64,000 nucleotides of DNA. Origin: a virus. The stretch lies in IMG/VR virus record IMGVR_UViG_3300009509_000001, positions 32,001 through 96,000 of that record. One strand, 5' to 3'. This document shows, piece after piece, positions 10,000-20,389 of the stretch. The notes under the pieces were generated by a model. It was not told the DNA's origin. It saw only the letters and a program-made list of their open reading frames with translations, and searched no databases. The stretch's first letter is position 1. The number at the start of each line of letters is the position of its first letter. Both the position numbers and the translations under genes were made by a program.

Positions 10000-12953
10000 A
10001 CGCTAAGGTCTACGCTGTAGGTCTTAACCCCGTCGTAGTAACTCCAGGTTTTGGTGTTCGCGTCCTTGGCCTGCATCCAGACGAAGCCTGCCGGAGGATT
10101 GACTGGTGCCACGGCGTATTCCACGACCGTGAAGCCGCTGCCGCCTGCGGGGGCCGTCGTGGCCTTGATGCCACTTTCCTGCACGTCTCCGTTCAGGTCG
10201 GTGGTCAGGATCTCGTCGCCGCTGTTCAATTTACTGAGGCGCAAGGTTCCCTTGACGTCCACTCGGCTGTCAGCGGCAACGCCGCTTAGCTTGTCGAACT
10301 GCACGATTTTGTCGTCGTCGATCGAGATGTCGGTGGAGAACGCAGGGCCTGCTCCATGGCTGTACCAGTCGAGCGCCACGCTGCTGAGTCTTGCGTAGAC
10401 TTCGCCGGAAGTGCCGAGGCCGCCCCAGTCCTTCGACCAGACTTCAAGAACATCGCCGCGAACGCCGAGGCCAGCCTCTACCGCGCCGTCGACGTTGATC
10501 TCGCCCTGGGCGCCGATGGAACCCGGGGTGTAGATCGCGCCGCCGGTGATGGAGCCGGCGCCAGATAAGATCGGTGTGCCCGTGTTCGCCGTGAACGCCA
10601 TGTTGGTCACGAAGGATACTGAATTACCGTCAATTAGCGGAGTACCGTTGATCGTGACGTCGAACTGATCGTTGGCGCCCGTGACGACTACCGGAGAAGC
10701 CCCGCCCGAAGCCACGTTCATCGTGAGCGTGGCCATATCGAGAGTCAGCGAATCGAGCCCGGCATCGTATACGAAGGCGGACCCTGAGACGTTCTTTCTG
10801 ATGGCGAAGTTCAGGTCGGCGAAGCCGTCGTTGAACGCAACTGCTCCATTGTTTATCGTAAGGGATTCCTTCGCAGCCGCCCCCTGGACGTCTATCACCG
10901 GTTGTGCGCCGTTCCTCGTCTGGAACGCGCCGACCACGGTAAGCGTCTCGGCATCCCAGGTGAAATTGGCGTCGCCTTCGATGATGCCGTCAGCCGTCCA
11001 TACTGCGACCTGGTTATCGACCGGAGCCCCGGTCTTCGTAACGTAGCCGGTGGTTGTCAAATAGTCGATGACTGCGCCGCTGGTGGGCAGTGCCGCGTCT
11101 GTGTCCGTAATGGTGGTCTGAAGAGAGTCTATGTTGACTGCTCCCATGATGAAGCCGTTAAACAACGTGAGCTCCGGCCCGATCAGCATTCCGGTGGTGC
11201 CTACAGTTGGACCACGGGTGATGTCGAATACGGTGGTATAGCCATTTTCAGCATCGTTTACAGTATACAGCCCGAACACGGCTGCATTCGCTCTAAACGC
11301 CCACTTTCCTCTGTCGACTGCGGCATCGGTTTCCACAAGCATCGACACGGGTGACGTCCCGTACGTTCTCGACTTCCCGTACTCGACCGTGAACGCATCA
11401 GCCGGGATGCCACCGCCGGTCGGAGCCGCCTCGAACACCCACCGCATGCCATGGTTGGACGTAGTGTGCGTTTCAGTCGCTTCCGAGTACAGGCTGGCCG
11501 CTTCAGAAAATGCCCAGACGGCCGCACCGGAACCGCGCGTGTAGGTCCGCAGCCGCTGCGTGACGTCGCCTGACTGTGTGAGTCCCACGGAACCGAAATA
11601 GACGTCAAGGTTCAACGGCTGCTGGTCGGTCAGGGCTATGATATTAGCAGGCTGATCCCCACCGTAGGTGTTCAGGCCGATAGACGGGTCCGCCGTCACG
11701 GGCGATACGAGCGTGGACCAGATGCGGCTCGTCGCCGCCGGTTCCTGGATGTCCAGGCCGTTGAGGGCCGTGCGCGTGTTGTTGACACGGAAGCCAAACG
11801 CCGTGTTCGCATTGTCGACGACCATGTAAAGGTCATTCACCCGGACACAGTTCTGGATGTACAGGTCACTCGTGGCGTCGATGTACATGGTGCCATAGCC
11901 CTGGATCATCGGCTGATCCTTGGTTCCAGTACCTGCTATGGCCAACCGGGAACCTGCCTCGAGAACAGTATTGGTGTTGTTGTAGGAAATGTCGATCAAT
12001 GCACCGGCGGCGTTGCTGGAGTTGAAGCGGGCGACCTCGGCGGAGGTGTTATTGACCAAAAGATTGTAATTGCCGATCGCCACATCACTGCCAATCAGCG
12101 TCTTGCTGTTGATCCTGAAGCGCGGATCAATCCCGGGACCAGAAGTTATCAGCAGCAGTTCGTTCTGATCCGGCGCAAGCTGAAACTCCGCGGATACGGG
12201 GGAGCCGCCGCTGGTCGAGGCGTTAATACCAAGCTTGTGCGTAGTCCCATTGGCAGGTATATACCCGGCATATACATCGCCCTTGAAAGTGGACGCCGAC
12301 TCGGCGATGACAGCCGCAAGGTTGGCGCCGTTCGTATACAGTGCGATCTGAGCTGAAGATTTTATGCCGAGACCGGTAGGAAACGAAAGAGCGAATTCAG
12401 GGTTGGTTATAAGCTGAAGCTCGGCCGTGCCGCCTTGGAAGGTGTCGGTCAGCGTCAGCAAAGTCTGCGTAGTTTCGTACGGGAGCGCATCTGAGAGATT
12501 CAGCGTCTTGAACGCGACGGCGCTGTTGGTGCGCAAGTCCTGGTTGATCGTGTCGATGTTGACGAGATTCGGGTGCTGATGCGCTTTGGACCCAAGGGCG
12601 GCGAGCGTATCGTCAACATAGTTTCCAGCGGGCGTAATGCCTATTGTAGTCCCGTAGGGGAGCGCTCCCGTTACGTAGACATTGGGGTCGCCTATCAGGT
12701 CGGCGCTGTAATCGTCGGCCTGCGCCACGATGTTGGGGCCGGGCCGTCCAAATACCGACGTTATGGAGCCGGCGGTACCGGAGTTCTCCCATCCCGGGGT
12801 CGGAATTTCGGACCATGCGTATACAGCTGCCGGGTCACCGTCGATGATGGCCCAGTCACCGGGTTCGCCGGTTGGGTATGCGGTCTGCAATTCGACCAGA
12901 GACGTGTAATATCCAAGAAAATTGGTGCCGCCAACTACATTGATAATAGGCAT
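9996..12953 (-). CDS. Long tail fibre-like structural protein
   Basis: 985 aa; G/T/A/D-rich beta composition; 4-nt overlap with the downstream gene. Confidence 0.65.
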   Translation of the reverse strand: MPIINVVGGTNFLGYYTSLVELQTAYPTGEPGDWAIIDGDPAAVYAWSEIPTPGWENSGTAGSITSVFGRPGPNIVAQADDYSADLIGDPNVYVTGALPYGTTIGITPAGNYVDDTLAALGSKAHQHPNLVNIDTINQDLRTNSAVAFKTLNLSDALPYETTQTLLTLTDTFQGGTAELQLITNPEFALSFPTGLGIKSSAQIALYTNGANLAAVIAESASTFKGDVYAGYIPANGTTHKLGINASTSGGSPVSAEFQLAPDQNELLLITSGPGIDPRFRINSKTLIGSDVAIGNYNLLVNNTSAEVARFNSSNAAGALIDISYNNTNTVLEAGSRLAIAGTGTKDQPMIQGYGTMYIDATSDLYIQNCVRVNDLYMVVDNANTAFGFRVNNTRTALNGLDIQEPAATSRIWSTLVSPVTADPSIGLNTYGGDQPANIIALTDQQPLNLDVYFGSVGLTQSGDVTQRLRTYTRGSGAAVWAFSEAASLYSEATETHTTSNHGMRWVFEAAPTGGGIPADAFTVEYGKSRTYGTSPVSMLVETDAAVDRGKWAFRANAAVFGLYTVNDAENGYTTVFDITRGPTVGTTGMLIGPELTLFNGFIMGAVNIDSLQTTITDTDAALPTSGAVIDYLTTTGYVTKTGAPVDNQVAVWTADGIIEGDANFTWDAETLTVVGAFQTRNGAQPVIDVQGAAAKESLTINNGAVAFNDGFADLNFAIRKNVSGSAFVYDAGLDSLTLDMATLTMNVASGGASPVVVTGANDQFDVTINGTPLIDGNSVSFVTNMAFTANTGTPILSGAGSITGGAIYTPGSIGAQGEINVDGAVEAGLGVRGDVLEVWSKDWGGLGTSGEVYARLSSVALDWYSHGAGPAFSTDISIDDDKIVQFDKLSGVAADSRVDVKGTLRLSKLNSGDEILTTDLNGDVQESGIKATTAPAGGSGFTVVEYAVAPVNPPAGFVWMQAKDANTKTWSYYDGVKTYSVDLSV

Positions 12954-13004
12954 ATGTCAGCCCTCCGGAGCCTAGTTATGTTTCACAAAGGTTCAGAAAA
13001 TTGT

Positions 13005-13331
13005 CTAAGCTGAGCAGGACATTACGCAGATTCGATGCTGCACGCCAGTGTCGGCATGGATGGCCCAGATCTCGGCCTTGGTATAGTTCACCTCGTTGAT
13101 CTCATACGATCCGCCGTCGGGCGACAGATAGATGCCTTTGCCCACTTCGGCCTGGTTGGTCGGACTGTCGGGATCAGGGCTGTTGGTTACCGCCAGATAC
13201 ATGCCCACATTCGATGGGTTCGTAATGGTGATACATCTGCGCGGATACTCAGTCCTCGGATGAATGAGAGTCCCGGTGGACTCCACGTCGAACCCGGTGG
13301 GTATTCCACCATTGTTTACGTTTTCCGGCAT
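13005..13331 (-). CDS. Small virion protein
   Basis: 108 aa; RRCITITNPS...GIYLSPDGGSYEI pattern seen in small beta-sandwich virion proteins; AGGAG SD. Confidence 0.55.
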   Translation of the reverse strand: MPENVNNGGIPTGFDVESTGTLIHPRTEYPRRCITITNPSNVGMYLAVTNSPDPDSPTNQAEVGKGIYLSPDGGSYEINEVNYTKAEIWAIHADTGVQHRICVMSCSA

Positions 13332-13349
13332 ATGATGCTCCTGCTATTT

Positions 13350-13381
13350 GAAAAAGCGGCCCGACCCCGATGAGCCGGGCC
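13350..13381 (-). terminator. Rho-independent terminator
   Basis: Minus strand GGCCCG...CGGGCC stem then GCTTTTT, just after the stop at 13388. Confidence 0.6.
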
Positions 13382-13387
13382 TGTTGA

Positions 13388-14128
13388 TTATTTTGTCTCA
13401 GCCTTCTTTGCGGCTGCCTTCTTTTTGCGCGTTTCAGCCGCTTTCTTCGAGGCTGCGCTGCGCTTTGCCGCCGCCGCGGCTTCAGCATCTGCCTCGGCTT
13501 TGGCCTTGTCGGCTTCGATCTCCTGGGCGGTCTTCACCGCCTCTTGCGCCTGTTCCTTCTCGGCGGCCTTAGCGGCCTTTTCGACCGGGTCGCCGATGTT
13601 CTCGGTCAGGGCTTCGTCCATGCTGACGACTTCGGCGTCCTGACCCTGGCGGGTGTCACTGGTGCCCGGTTCCTGCCAGCCCATGGCGTCGCGCATGCTG
13701 ACGGTCTCCTGGCCAGTGGCCTTCTGGACGATGTCCTTGGAGTCCTCTACGGCGTCCTTGCCGTCACCAACCGCGTTGATGATCTTCTCGCGCGATTTCT
13801 TGGGCTCGGCTGCCTTCTCGGCCGCCTTGGCCGCTGCTTCAATCTGCTTCTGCTCGGTCTCGTAAACGATACCGTCGGTGATAGCGGTGACGTGGTCGAC
13901 CTCGACGCCGCCTGCGACGCGGTACTTGAGCTTTACCATCTTGGTCTGCAGCGCCTGCGTGAGCTCGGCTTTCTGCGTTTTCGTGCCGGCCGTGTAAACA
14001 CAGTACGGATAGACGACGGTCTGTCCGGCCTTGATGATCACACCGTTGGATCCGATCCATTTGTACTTCAAATCACGCGCAGTCGGGTTTGTTACGACTG
14101 AGGCGATAGTGGGTTCTGAGTTTCTCAT
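13388..14128 (-). CDS. Hypothetical protein with Ala/Lys/Glu-rich tail
   Basis: 246 aa; folded-looking N-terminus, then histone-like AKAAEK/KKAAAKK tail. Confidence 0.75.
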   Translation of the reverse strand: MRNSEPTIASVVTNPTARDLKYKWIGSNGVIIKAGQTVVYPYCVYTAGTKTQKAELTQALQTKMVKLKYRVAGGVEVDHVTAITDGIVYETEQKQIEAAAKAAEKAAEPKKSREKIINAVGDGKDAVEDSKDIVQKATGQETVSMRDAMGWQEPGTSDTRQGQDAEVVSMDEALTENIGDPVEKAAKAAEKEQAQEAVKTAQEIEADKAKAEADAEAAAAAKRSAASKKAAETRKKKAAAKKAETK

Positions 14129-14161
14129 TTTCTCGTACCTTCTCTTGCTTTGGGATATTAA

Positions 14162-14199
14162 GAAAAAGACTCCCGGACCCGCGGTCCGGGTACGGGAGC
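14162..14199 (-). terminator. Rho-independent terminator after the major capsid gene
   Basis: Minus strand CCCGGAC-CGCGG-GTCCGGG stem followed by AGTCTTTTT. Confidence 0.7.
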
Positions 14200-14243
14200 C
14201 TTACCATTAACACAAAGGTCAATCGGTTGGTCTGCAGCCTAGA

Positions 14244-15212
14244 CTACAGAAGGGCACCGGTCCGCCAGTTGTGTGCACTGCCGGTGAAGCGTGCCAGGCA
14301 CACTGCGGCAATGTTCGCGACGGTGGCACCCACACATTCGTAGGCGTAGAAGCTGAGCATGAAATCCTCGTGCTTGGTGGACATACAGATGTTGTCCAAC
14401 ACGAAGAAGTCGCCCAGATATTTCGGCGCTGCGAACATGTAAAGGTCGTTGTCGGCGACCAGGTCGTTCTTGATGGTGATGTTCCACTTCAGGCCCATGA
14501 TGGTCCGTTCGGTGAAACCGTTGGTGAAGAGATCTTCAGCCAAGTCACCCCCGATGGTATTCCGGTCGAACGCAACAATATCCCAGATGGTATAGTTGTT
14601 GATCAGACCAGCCACCGGGTTCAAACGACGGTTGGTTGCGGCCAAACCACGCATGGCGTTGGCCAGGGTGTCGCGGTCCATGCCACCAGCCTCGATCGTC
14701 TGACAAGCAGCGAGCGTGGGGTTCGGCACGTTCGGCGTACCGGGAACTACGATGGCATCGACGGTCGCCATGAACTTCCGGTCTTCTTCCGCAAGGATGT
14801 CCTTGAGGATGAAGTCGTTGAAGATCTGACGGATGTCCATGTCGTAGGTGAGCAGCTCGTTGACGTCGGCGACGTAACGACGGCTCATGATACGGTCGAA
14901 CATGACGCGGTAGCGCGGGGCGGTAAGGTTGCTGTCCATGGGGCTGGTGCCGAACGGGACGGTGTAAGCGCCCGCAGAGTTCGGTTCCATGTCCTTGACG
15001 ATGACGGGAAGCGGGGTGTCAACCTGCTTGTCGAGATCGCTGGGCATCACGTCCGCAACGTCGTAAAACTTGCGGGCGAAACCTTCTTCACGTTGACGCA
15101 GGCGAAGGTAGTTGTTAACCTTGTCCTCAGCCTGCTTGCGGATGCCGAAGTCCTGGGAGGTAAGACCCTGGACGACGGACTCGTTCATCATTTTGACTTC
15201 AGAGGTGTTCAT
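14244..15212 (-). CDS. Major capsid protein (HK97-fold, inferred)
   Basis: 322 aa; last gene of a protease-scaffold-decoration run, followed by a terminator; spine-helix-like KDILAEEDRKFMA; strongly biased codons; N-terminal IRKQA processing-like site. Confidence 0.8.
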   Translation of the reverse strand: MNTSEVKMMNESVVQGLTSQDFGIRKQAEDKVNNYLRLRQREEGFARKFYDVADVMPSDLDKQVDTPLPVIVKDMEPNSAGAYTVPFGTSPMDSNLTAPRYRVMFDRIMSRRYVADVNELLTYDMDIRQIFNDFILKDILAEEDRKFMATVDAIVVPGTPNVPNPTLAACQTIEAGGMDRDTLANAMRGLAATNRRLNPVAGLINNYTIWDIVAFDRNTIGGDLAEDLFTNGFTERTIMGLKWNITIKNDLVADNDLYMFAAPKYLGDFFVLDNICMSTKHEDFMLSFYAYECVGATVANIAAVCLARFTGSAHNWRTGALL

Positions 15213-15226
15213 CGTTTAGAGTCTCC

Positions 15227-15745
15227 TTAGACGTCGGCGCCGGCGGGAATGTACTCCGTCCAGAAGGACAGAACATTCTTGCCATCGCGGTTAACGCTTA
15301 CACCCTTGGACACGACACCAACAGCGGTGAGGTTTCCGTAGGGGAGCTGTCCGAGCAGGTCCACCAGACCGTCGGCCTTGCCTTGCAGCAGGTCGTTCGG
15401 TGCGTACGCGGACGTACCGGTGTACTCGGTGGTTTCAACTTCGAAGGCACCGGAGCCCACGAGGCCGGACATTACTCCACCGGAGATGTTGCCGACGTCG
15501 GAGTTGGTGTCGAAGTCGTCCTGCGAGTTGATCACGAAGATCGGCATCGGCTTGTTGCCGACTGCACCCACGGGACAGCCCTTCACGAGTTCGCCTTGTG
15601 CATCCAGAGAGCAGCACATGCCTTCCAGAATGTCTTCACCGGCCTTGGGGGGCGCAGCGAAGTCAAGGCGGCGAGTGGGGATAGCGCCCTTGACGCTAAC
15701 GAGGGTATGGTCAAACATTTGACCAGGAGTGAGAGTACCACCCAT
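15227..15745 (-). CDS. Capsid decoration/cement protein (inferred)
   Basis: 172 aa Gly-rich beta protein immediately upstream of MCP, the usual position of decoration genes. Confidence 0.6.
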   Translation of the reverse strand: MGGTLTPGQMFDHTLVSVKGAIPTRRLDFAAPPKAGEDILEGMCCSLDAQGELVKGCPVGAVGNKPMPIFVINSQDDFDTNSDVGNISGGVMSGLVGSGAFEVETTEYTGTSAYAPNDLLQGKADGLVDLLGQLPYGNLTAVGVVSKGVSVNRDGKNVLSFWTEYIPAGADV

Positions 15746-15768
15746 TTTGTAGCCTCCTTTTCTTGGTT

Positions 15769-16167
15769 TTAGCTAAGAGTTGTATTCCAGCTTTGTTCCC
15801 ATGCTTCGTCCGAAGCTGCCTTATTCTGCCCACCGGCGGCATCAGCCGCCTGTTTGGCGAGCGGAGCGGGCGTGCCAAGCGGACGAGGTGCGGAGTCGCT
15901 TTCGCGCTTCCCAAACTCGTCTGCGAGACGCTGCAGACTCAGCAATGCTTGATCCGGATTTTCCGGATACGACTGCACCAGCGTTTCAGCGGCCTCCTTT
16001 GACAGGAGATTACGAGCAACCAGCTTTTTGGCCGTTTGCTTGAGGACATCCTCACTGAAAGCGGGCTTTGCACTGGCCACTGCGGCCTTCTTGCGAAGGT
16101 CTGCGATGACTTCCTGCGACACTTCAACGTAGTCCACTACGTTTTCGAGCAGTTCCCGCGTGTTCAT
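15769..16167 (-). CDS. Head assembly/scaffold-associated protein
   Basis: 132 aa, helical; LRKKA and LAKQA motifs. Confidence 0.6.
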   Translation of the reverse strand: MNTRELLENVVDYVEVSQEVIADLRKKAAVASAKPAFSEDVLKQTAKKLVARNLLSKEAAETLVQSYPENPDQALLSLQRLADEFGKRESDSAPRPLGTPAPLAKQAADAAGGQNKAASDEAWEQSWNTTLS

Positions 16168-16179
16168 GATGATGTCTCC

Positions 16180-17226
16180 TTACTTCGCTTGGATTGACTT
16201 CAGGGCTTCCAGAAGGGCGCCCTTACGGTCGGATGCGGTTTTCTCCAGAGGCGGCTCCTCGACGGGAACTTCCTCTTCGGCCATGGGCTCTTCACCCATA
16301 GCGGCTTCTTCCTGAAGCATCGCTACGATCTCTTCATCAGAAGCACCGGTTTCTGCCTTGATTTCCTCAACGGCGGCTTGCGCCTCCATGAGTTCCTCAG
16401 GCGTCACACCGGCAGCATCCAGTTGTGCTGCCAAGTCATCCAGGGCAGCCGTATCGTCTGGAGACAACTCGGCTTCCGGTTGGGCCTCCTCAGGAAGGAC
16501 AGCCTCCGGACTCTGGACGGCGGCGGCGTCGAGCAATGCGGCGGCTTCTTCCTCGGAAGGAGCCATGCCTGCGTCGACGACCTCGTTTATGTCCTCAGCT
16601 TTCTTCTGCAGGCCCCGTTGGAAACCGGCGTTGAAAGCCAGAAAACTTTCGAGAACTTCGGGATCGATGTCCTCTTCGGCCAATTTGCTGATGCCGGCTG
16701 CGGGCGCCTGGGACGCCTGCTTCTGGATCGGCTCGACCTGTTCAAACTTGTTGGTGGCGATGACTTGCAGAATCGTCGAAGCCAGCCGTTCCGCACGCGC
16801 AACCTTCGCGATCTCACTGGGAGCCGCGTGGGCGGTGGTAACGTCGGTGACGTTCACGTTGTCGCCTTCCATCTTGACGGACTCGTCCGCGTTGAGCTCT
16901 TTCGGGCTCTGCGGGTTGTCCTGCGGATGAGTGACTTCGTCCTCTTCCTTGACCTGGGCGCCGTCGTCGGTGGCCAGCTGAGCGTCACCCTTGGTGGCTC
17001 CCATTTCGCTGTCCTTGAGATCGGCTTCCATTTCCGCACCACGATCCTTTTCGGCAGCCAGCGTGTTGTCGGCGCTGACCTCTTTGATCTCGGTGCCCGT
17101 CTTCTTTGCCTTCAGCTCTTCAGCACCTTCCCCCTGGGGGTTGGTCTGGTCGGCGGCGGTCTTCTGCAGGTTGGCCTGGTCGAAGAAGTCGTCGACGAGT
17201 GAAGTGACCAAATCTTGTTGATTCAT
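16180..17226 (-). CDS. Scaffold-like acidic protein
   Basis: Start taken at MNQQDL (17226); very acidic, low complexity; six [LI]xKxA motifs; between protease and MCP. Confidence 0.65.
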   Translation of the reverse strand: MNQQDLVTSLVDDFFDQANLQKTAADQTNPQGEGAEELKAKKTGTEIKEVSADNTLAAEKDRGAEMEADLKDSEMGATKGDAQLATDDGAQVKEEDEVTHPQDNPQSPKELNADESVKMEGDNVNVTDVTTAHAAPSEIAKVARAERLASTILQVIATNKFEQVEPIQKQASQAPAAGISKLAEEDIDPEVLESFLAFNAGFQRGLQKKAEDINEVVDAGMAPSEEEAAALLDAAAVQSPEAVLPEEAQPEAELSPDDTAALDDLAAQLDAAGVTPEELMEAQAAVEEIKAETGASDEEIVAMLQEEAAMGEEPMAEEEVPVEEPPLEKTASDRKGALLEALKSIQAK

Positions 17227-17267
17227 TGTCACGGGTCCTTTTTGGTTTCCGTTTGGATTGCACCTAC

Positions 17268-18710
17268 CTATACTGTAGCACAAAGTTGGACTACAGACAA
17301 ACGCTGCTCGGTGTCGGTGAGACCATCAGCGAAGCTAAGCACGTAATTGGCGTACTCGCGCGCCAGGAGAACGGACGAGTCCGATGCCTCCGACGCCTTC
17401 TTCTGTATGACGACCTTACCGCCCACAGGGGCTCCATTCAGAACGGCCCTGATGACCCGAACCCGTACAGGTTCTTGTTCAATCGAACACTCGGGCTGCA
17501 TGGCCTTCGCGTCCGCCATCAGTGACCCGTCACAGGAACCGGCGGGCTCGTAGCTGCCGTCGTTCAGAACGTCGGAGAGACTGTCGGACTCCAGCAGATT
17601 GCCCAGGATTCCCGGGACGGCCTGCTTTACGTCGGCCATTTCGCCTTCGACGTCGCCGAACTTGTCACCCATGACCAGCTTTAGGAAAAGCTCCACCGGC
17701 AGGATGACCTTGCAGCGTTTGAGCGCGCCCATTACGGCGTGCGGGTCTTCGGCCGACATGCGGCCGATTGCATTGTCGTCGACGCATCCGAAGCCGGATT
17801 CCGGGGCAAACGCCTCGGTACCCATATCCGGGTCGTTCGACAGCAAAACTTCTTTTTCGATCTTGGCCAGCTTCTGGAGCAGGTTGTACCTGCGAGCCAG
17901 GTTACTACCGGCCGGGAAAGCGTTTACGGGCGGAGCCATGCCGTACATTTCGGCCAGGTGGGCTCCGGTGAGAACTCCGGCGGCGGCGACTTTTCGCAGC
18001 CCGAAGCAGATCTTCTCGGCGGGGCGTTCGACGCCGCTGATGTCATGGAAGAACGGGCGCGGCGTAAGCGCGCACACCTGCGTTCCGTCGCTGGCCAGCT
18101 GCATCGCGTACTTGTTGAGGTGGTCGCAATAGTCTTCGATCTTGCGGGCCTCGTTATGGCAGTAGCTGCAGATGTCCTCAGGGCAGTCGCTGCCCATGCT
18201 GAAAAAGATGGCTTCGTCATTGGCGACCTTCTGGAGCTCTTTGCGCCATTGCCGTTCATCGACGCCGATGATGAGCTCACCGCGATCCATCGGCAGGTTG
18301 TACGCCGCTTTGACGATATAGCCGCTGGGTTTTCCGTCTTCATGCTTGTTGATGTGCTGCTTGTAGACGGCGCCGTTGGCCATGAAAGTCTTGTCGTGGT
18401 AGTCGACCAGGCCGCCCTTGAGATGGATGGTGCGGCGTTCCGGGTCCTTCGGGTCCGGGCACGTATGGCTCGCGCTCTTGCGGATGAAGGCGTCACCGTT
18501 GTTGTTCGGCCCGTAGCGATCCCATGCGCCGACACTGATAAGATGGATGTACTGGTGCCCCGGCCGGCGCTCGAATTCCATGTCCTTGTCGAACAGTGCG
18601 GCACGCTTGTGCAGCCAGCCGTTGTCGATCCCGCGGCTGTGCAGCGGTACCAGGCTTGCCGTCGGCATGCCGAAGTCGAACGAATCCGGGAATATCAGCT
18701 TCCTGATCAC
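17268..18710 (-). CDS. Prohead protease (HK97/assemblin-like) with Cys/His insert
   Basis: 480 aa; KQHINK (His), IFFSMG (catalytic Ser-like), CSYCHN...CDH, FFHDISGVERPA resembling the E[VI]S.V..PA motif of HK97-type proteases; position upstream of scaffold and MCP. Confidence 0.7.
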   Translation of the reverse strand: MIRKLIFPDSFDFGMPTASLVPLHSRGIDNGWLHKRAALFDKDMEFERRPGHQYIHLISVGAWDRYGPNNNGDAFIRKSASHTCPDPKDPERRTIHLKGGLVDYHDKTFMANGAVYKQHINKHEDGKPSGYIVKAAYNLPMDRGELIIGVDERQWRKELQKVANDEAIFFSMGSDCPEDICSYCHNEARKIEDYCDHLNKYAMQLASDGTQVCALTPRPFFHDISGVERPAEKICFGLRKVAAAGVLTGAHLAEMYGMAPPVNAFPAGSNLARRYNLLQKLAKIEKEVLLSNDPDMGTEAFAPESGFGCVDDNAIGRMSAEDPHAVMGALKRCKVILPVELFLKLVMGDKFGDVEGEMADVKQAVPGILGNLLESDSLSDVLNDGSYEPAGSCDGSLMADAKAMQPECSIEQEPVRVRVIRAVLNGAPVGGKVVIQKKASEASDSSVLLAREYANYVLSFADGLTDTEQRLSVVQLCATV

Positions 18711-20386
18711 TTGGTGCCTCCGCTTACCATGTAATCGAGGAGATTCTTGTACTCCTCGTCGGTCATGTTTCCGCCTTCACGCAGCTTCTTGATGGCCGTG
18801 ATGGCCTTGCGGCCGACCTTCTTGGTTTTGCTGCGCGCGGCCTTGACGTCCTTCTCGGACTGGGTACGACGCTCGGCGCCCTTTTCCTTGAGATCCATTT
18901 CGCGTTCCTTGACGGAGAGTTCGCGCTCTTTGAGAGCGTCGGACTTGGCGTCGCGGCGCGGGGCCTTCTTTTCACCGCCGCCGGCTTTCGCCGGAGCGCC
19001 CTTAGCCCCTGCGGACCCGTCGAGAATGTCGCCGACGCGCCCGGCATCGAGACCGGCCTTGTACTTGGCGGCCCGGTCCTCAAGCTGCTTGGCAGCCAGA
19101 TCGACGTCGGTTATCCGCCCCTTGGCGATCTCCTTGCCGATGGCCTGGAGTTCCTTGATGGTGGCCGGATCGGAAACGTTGCCCTGGACGAGCTGCTGGC
19201 GTACCAGCGACTTCAGCCACGAGCTGTATTTCGGATCCAACAGGTCGGGCATTGCGCCGACGACGTTGTTGTATGCCTCCATCGTTTCGTCGATGGGATA
19301 ATCTTTGGTAAAATCGTCGGCCGCGACGTCCACGAACGCCTGCGTGGCCCGGATCTGGTTGAGGCGGTTGCGCAGAGTGGCGTCAAACGCCTCCTCTTCG
19401 CCGACCTTCTTTTCCTTGGTCAGCTGCTCGTACATCGGGGTCTTGGCGAAGTTGATGACCGGGTCGAGAAGACGCTGGGCGCTTCCCTTGACCGCCGCCC
19501 CGACTCCGCGTGCGGCACCGCCGACGTTGCCCAGGGACGTCATTCCCCGAACACCTTCGCCTGCCTCTTCCTGAAACTGCTCTGCTACGCCCAGCTCGGG
19601 AAGCGTCAGCGCCACTTTCTTGAGCAGACGGTTGAAATGGTTGTATGACCGGGCCTCGTCGATTGCGATGCTTACGCTGGTATAGGGTTCCTCCAGCGGG
19701 AAGATCGCGGCGGCCGCAGTCTTGTGGAGTTTGAATTCCGTGGACGTGTGCGCTCCGACCAGCTTCATCAGCCGGACGCCGTCGTCGCCGTAACGGTTGA
19801 CGGCTAAGCGTGCGACCTTCATCATCGGCTTGCTGGGCATGCGCCGGATGACGCTGCAGATACGATGGATGGCGTCCTCGCTTGCCTGCTTGTGCATCGA
19901 GATCTTTTCGCGGAATTTGTCGATGCTGCGGCTCAGGTTGTCGGTCGCGGTCATGATTTGTCGGTCCAGGCAACGGACGTCGACCGGCTTCGGCTCGGCA
20001 CCCAGATCGAAGGCGACCTTGCTCAGGCCGTGCACCCTCAACGTGTTCTCCTGGAGAGCCGGTATCGGCAGGTCGAGTGCGGCGGAAGCCGCCTTCTTGT
20101 GGTATCCGTAGATAATGTTGATGACGATGTTGGGATCGATGAGCGGAATGTCTTCGGCGCGGTCTTCACTCGCGCGCTTCTGGAGCGTATGAATGCTCTT
20201 CGACTTGTTGTAGGCTTCGCATGCGCGCCGGACGAGTTCCGGGGTCATGCCGTCGAACTGCGTGAAAGTTTCCGCTGCCACTTTGTTCAGGTCGGCGTCA
20301 GGCGTGAATCTCGTTTTGTCGATTATCTGCTCGATGGCCGACATGACCGACTGTTCAAGGGCTTTGTCAAGTTTCTTGAAACTCAT
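18707..20386 (-). CDS. Putative internal head/ejection protein
   Basis: 559 aa, helical; seven phi-x-K-x-A motifs; Gly/Ala amphipathic segment (GNVGGAARGVGAAVKG). Confidence 0.6.
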   Translation of the reverse strand: MSFKKLDKALEQSVMSAIEQIIDKTRFTPDADLNKVAAETFTQFDGMTPELVRRACEAYNKSKSIHTLQKRASEDRAEDIPLIDPNIVINIIYGYHKKAASAALDLPIPALQENTLRVHGLSKVAFDLGAEPKPVDVRCLDRQIMTATDNLSRSIDKFREKISMHKQASEDAIHRICSVIRRMPSKPMMKVARLAVNRYGDDGVRLMKLVGAHTSTEFKLHKTAAAAIFPLEEPYTSVSIAIDEARSYNHFNRLLKKVALTLPELGVAEQFQEEAGEGVRGMTSLGNVGGAARGVGAAVKGSAQRLLDPVINFAKTPMYEQLTKEKKVGEEEAFDATLRNRLNQIRATQAFVDVAADDFTKDYPIDETMEAYNNVVGAMPDLLDPKYSSWLKSLVRQQLVQGNVSDPATIKELQAIGKEIAKGRITDVDLAAKQLEDRAAKYKAGLDAGRVGDILDGSAGAKGAPAKAGGGEKKAPRRDAKSDALKERELSVKEREMDLKEKGAERRTQSEKDVKAARSKTKKVGRKAITAIKKLREGGNMTDEEYKNLLDYMVSGGTK

Positions 20387-20389
20387 GCC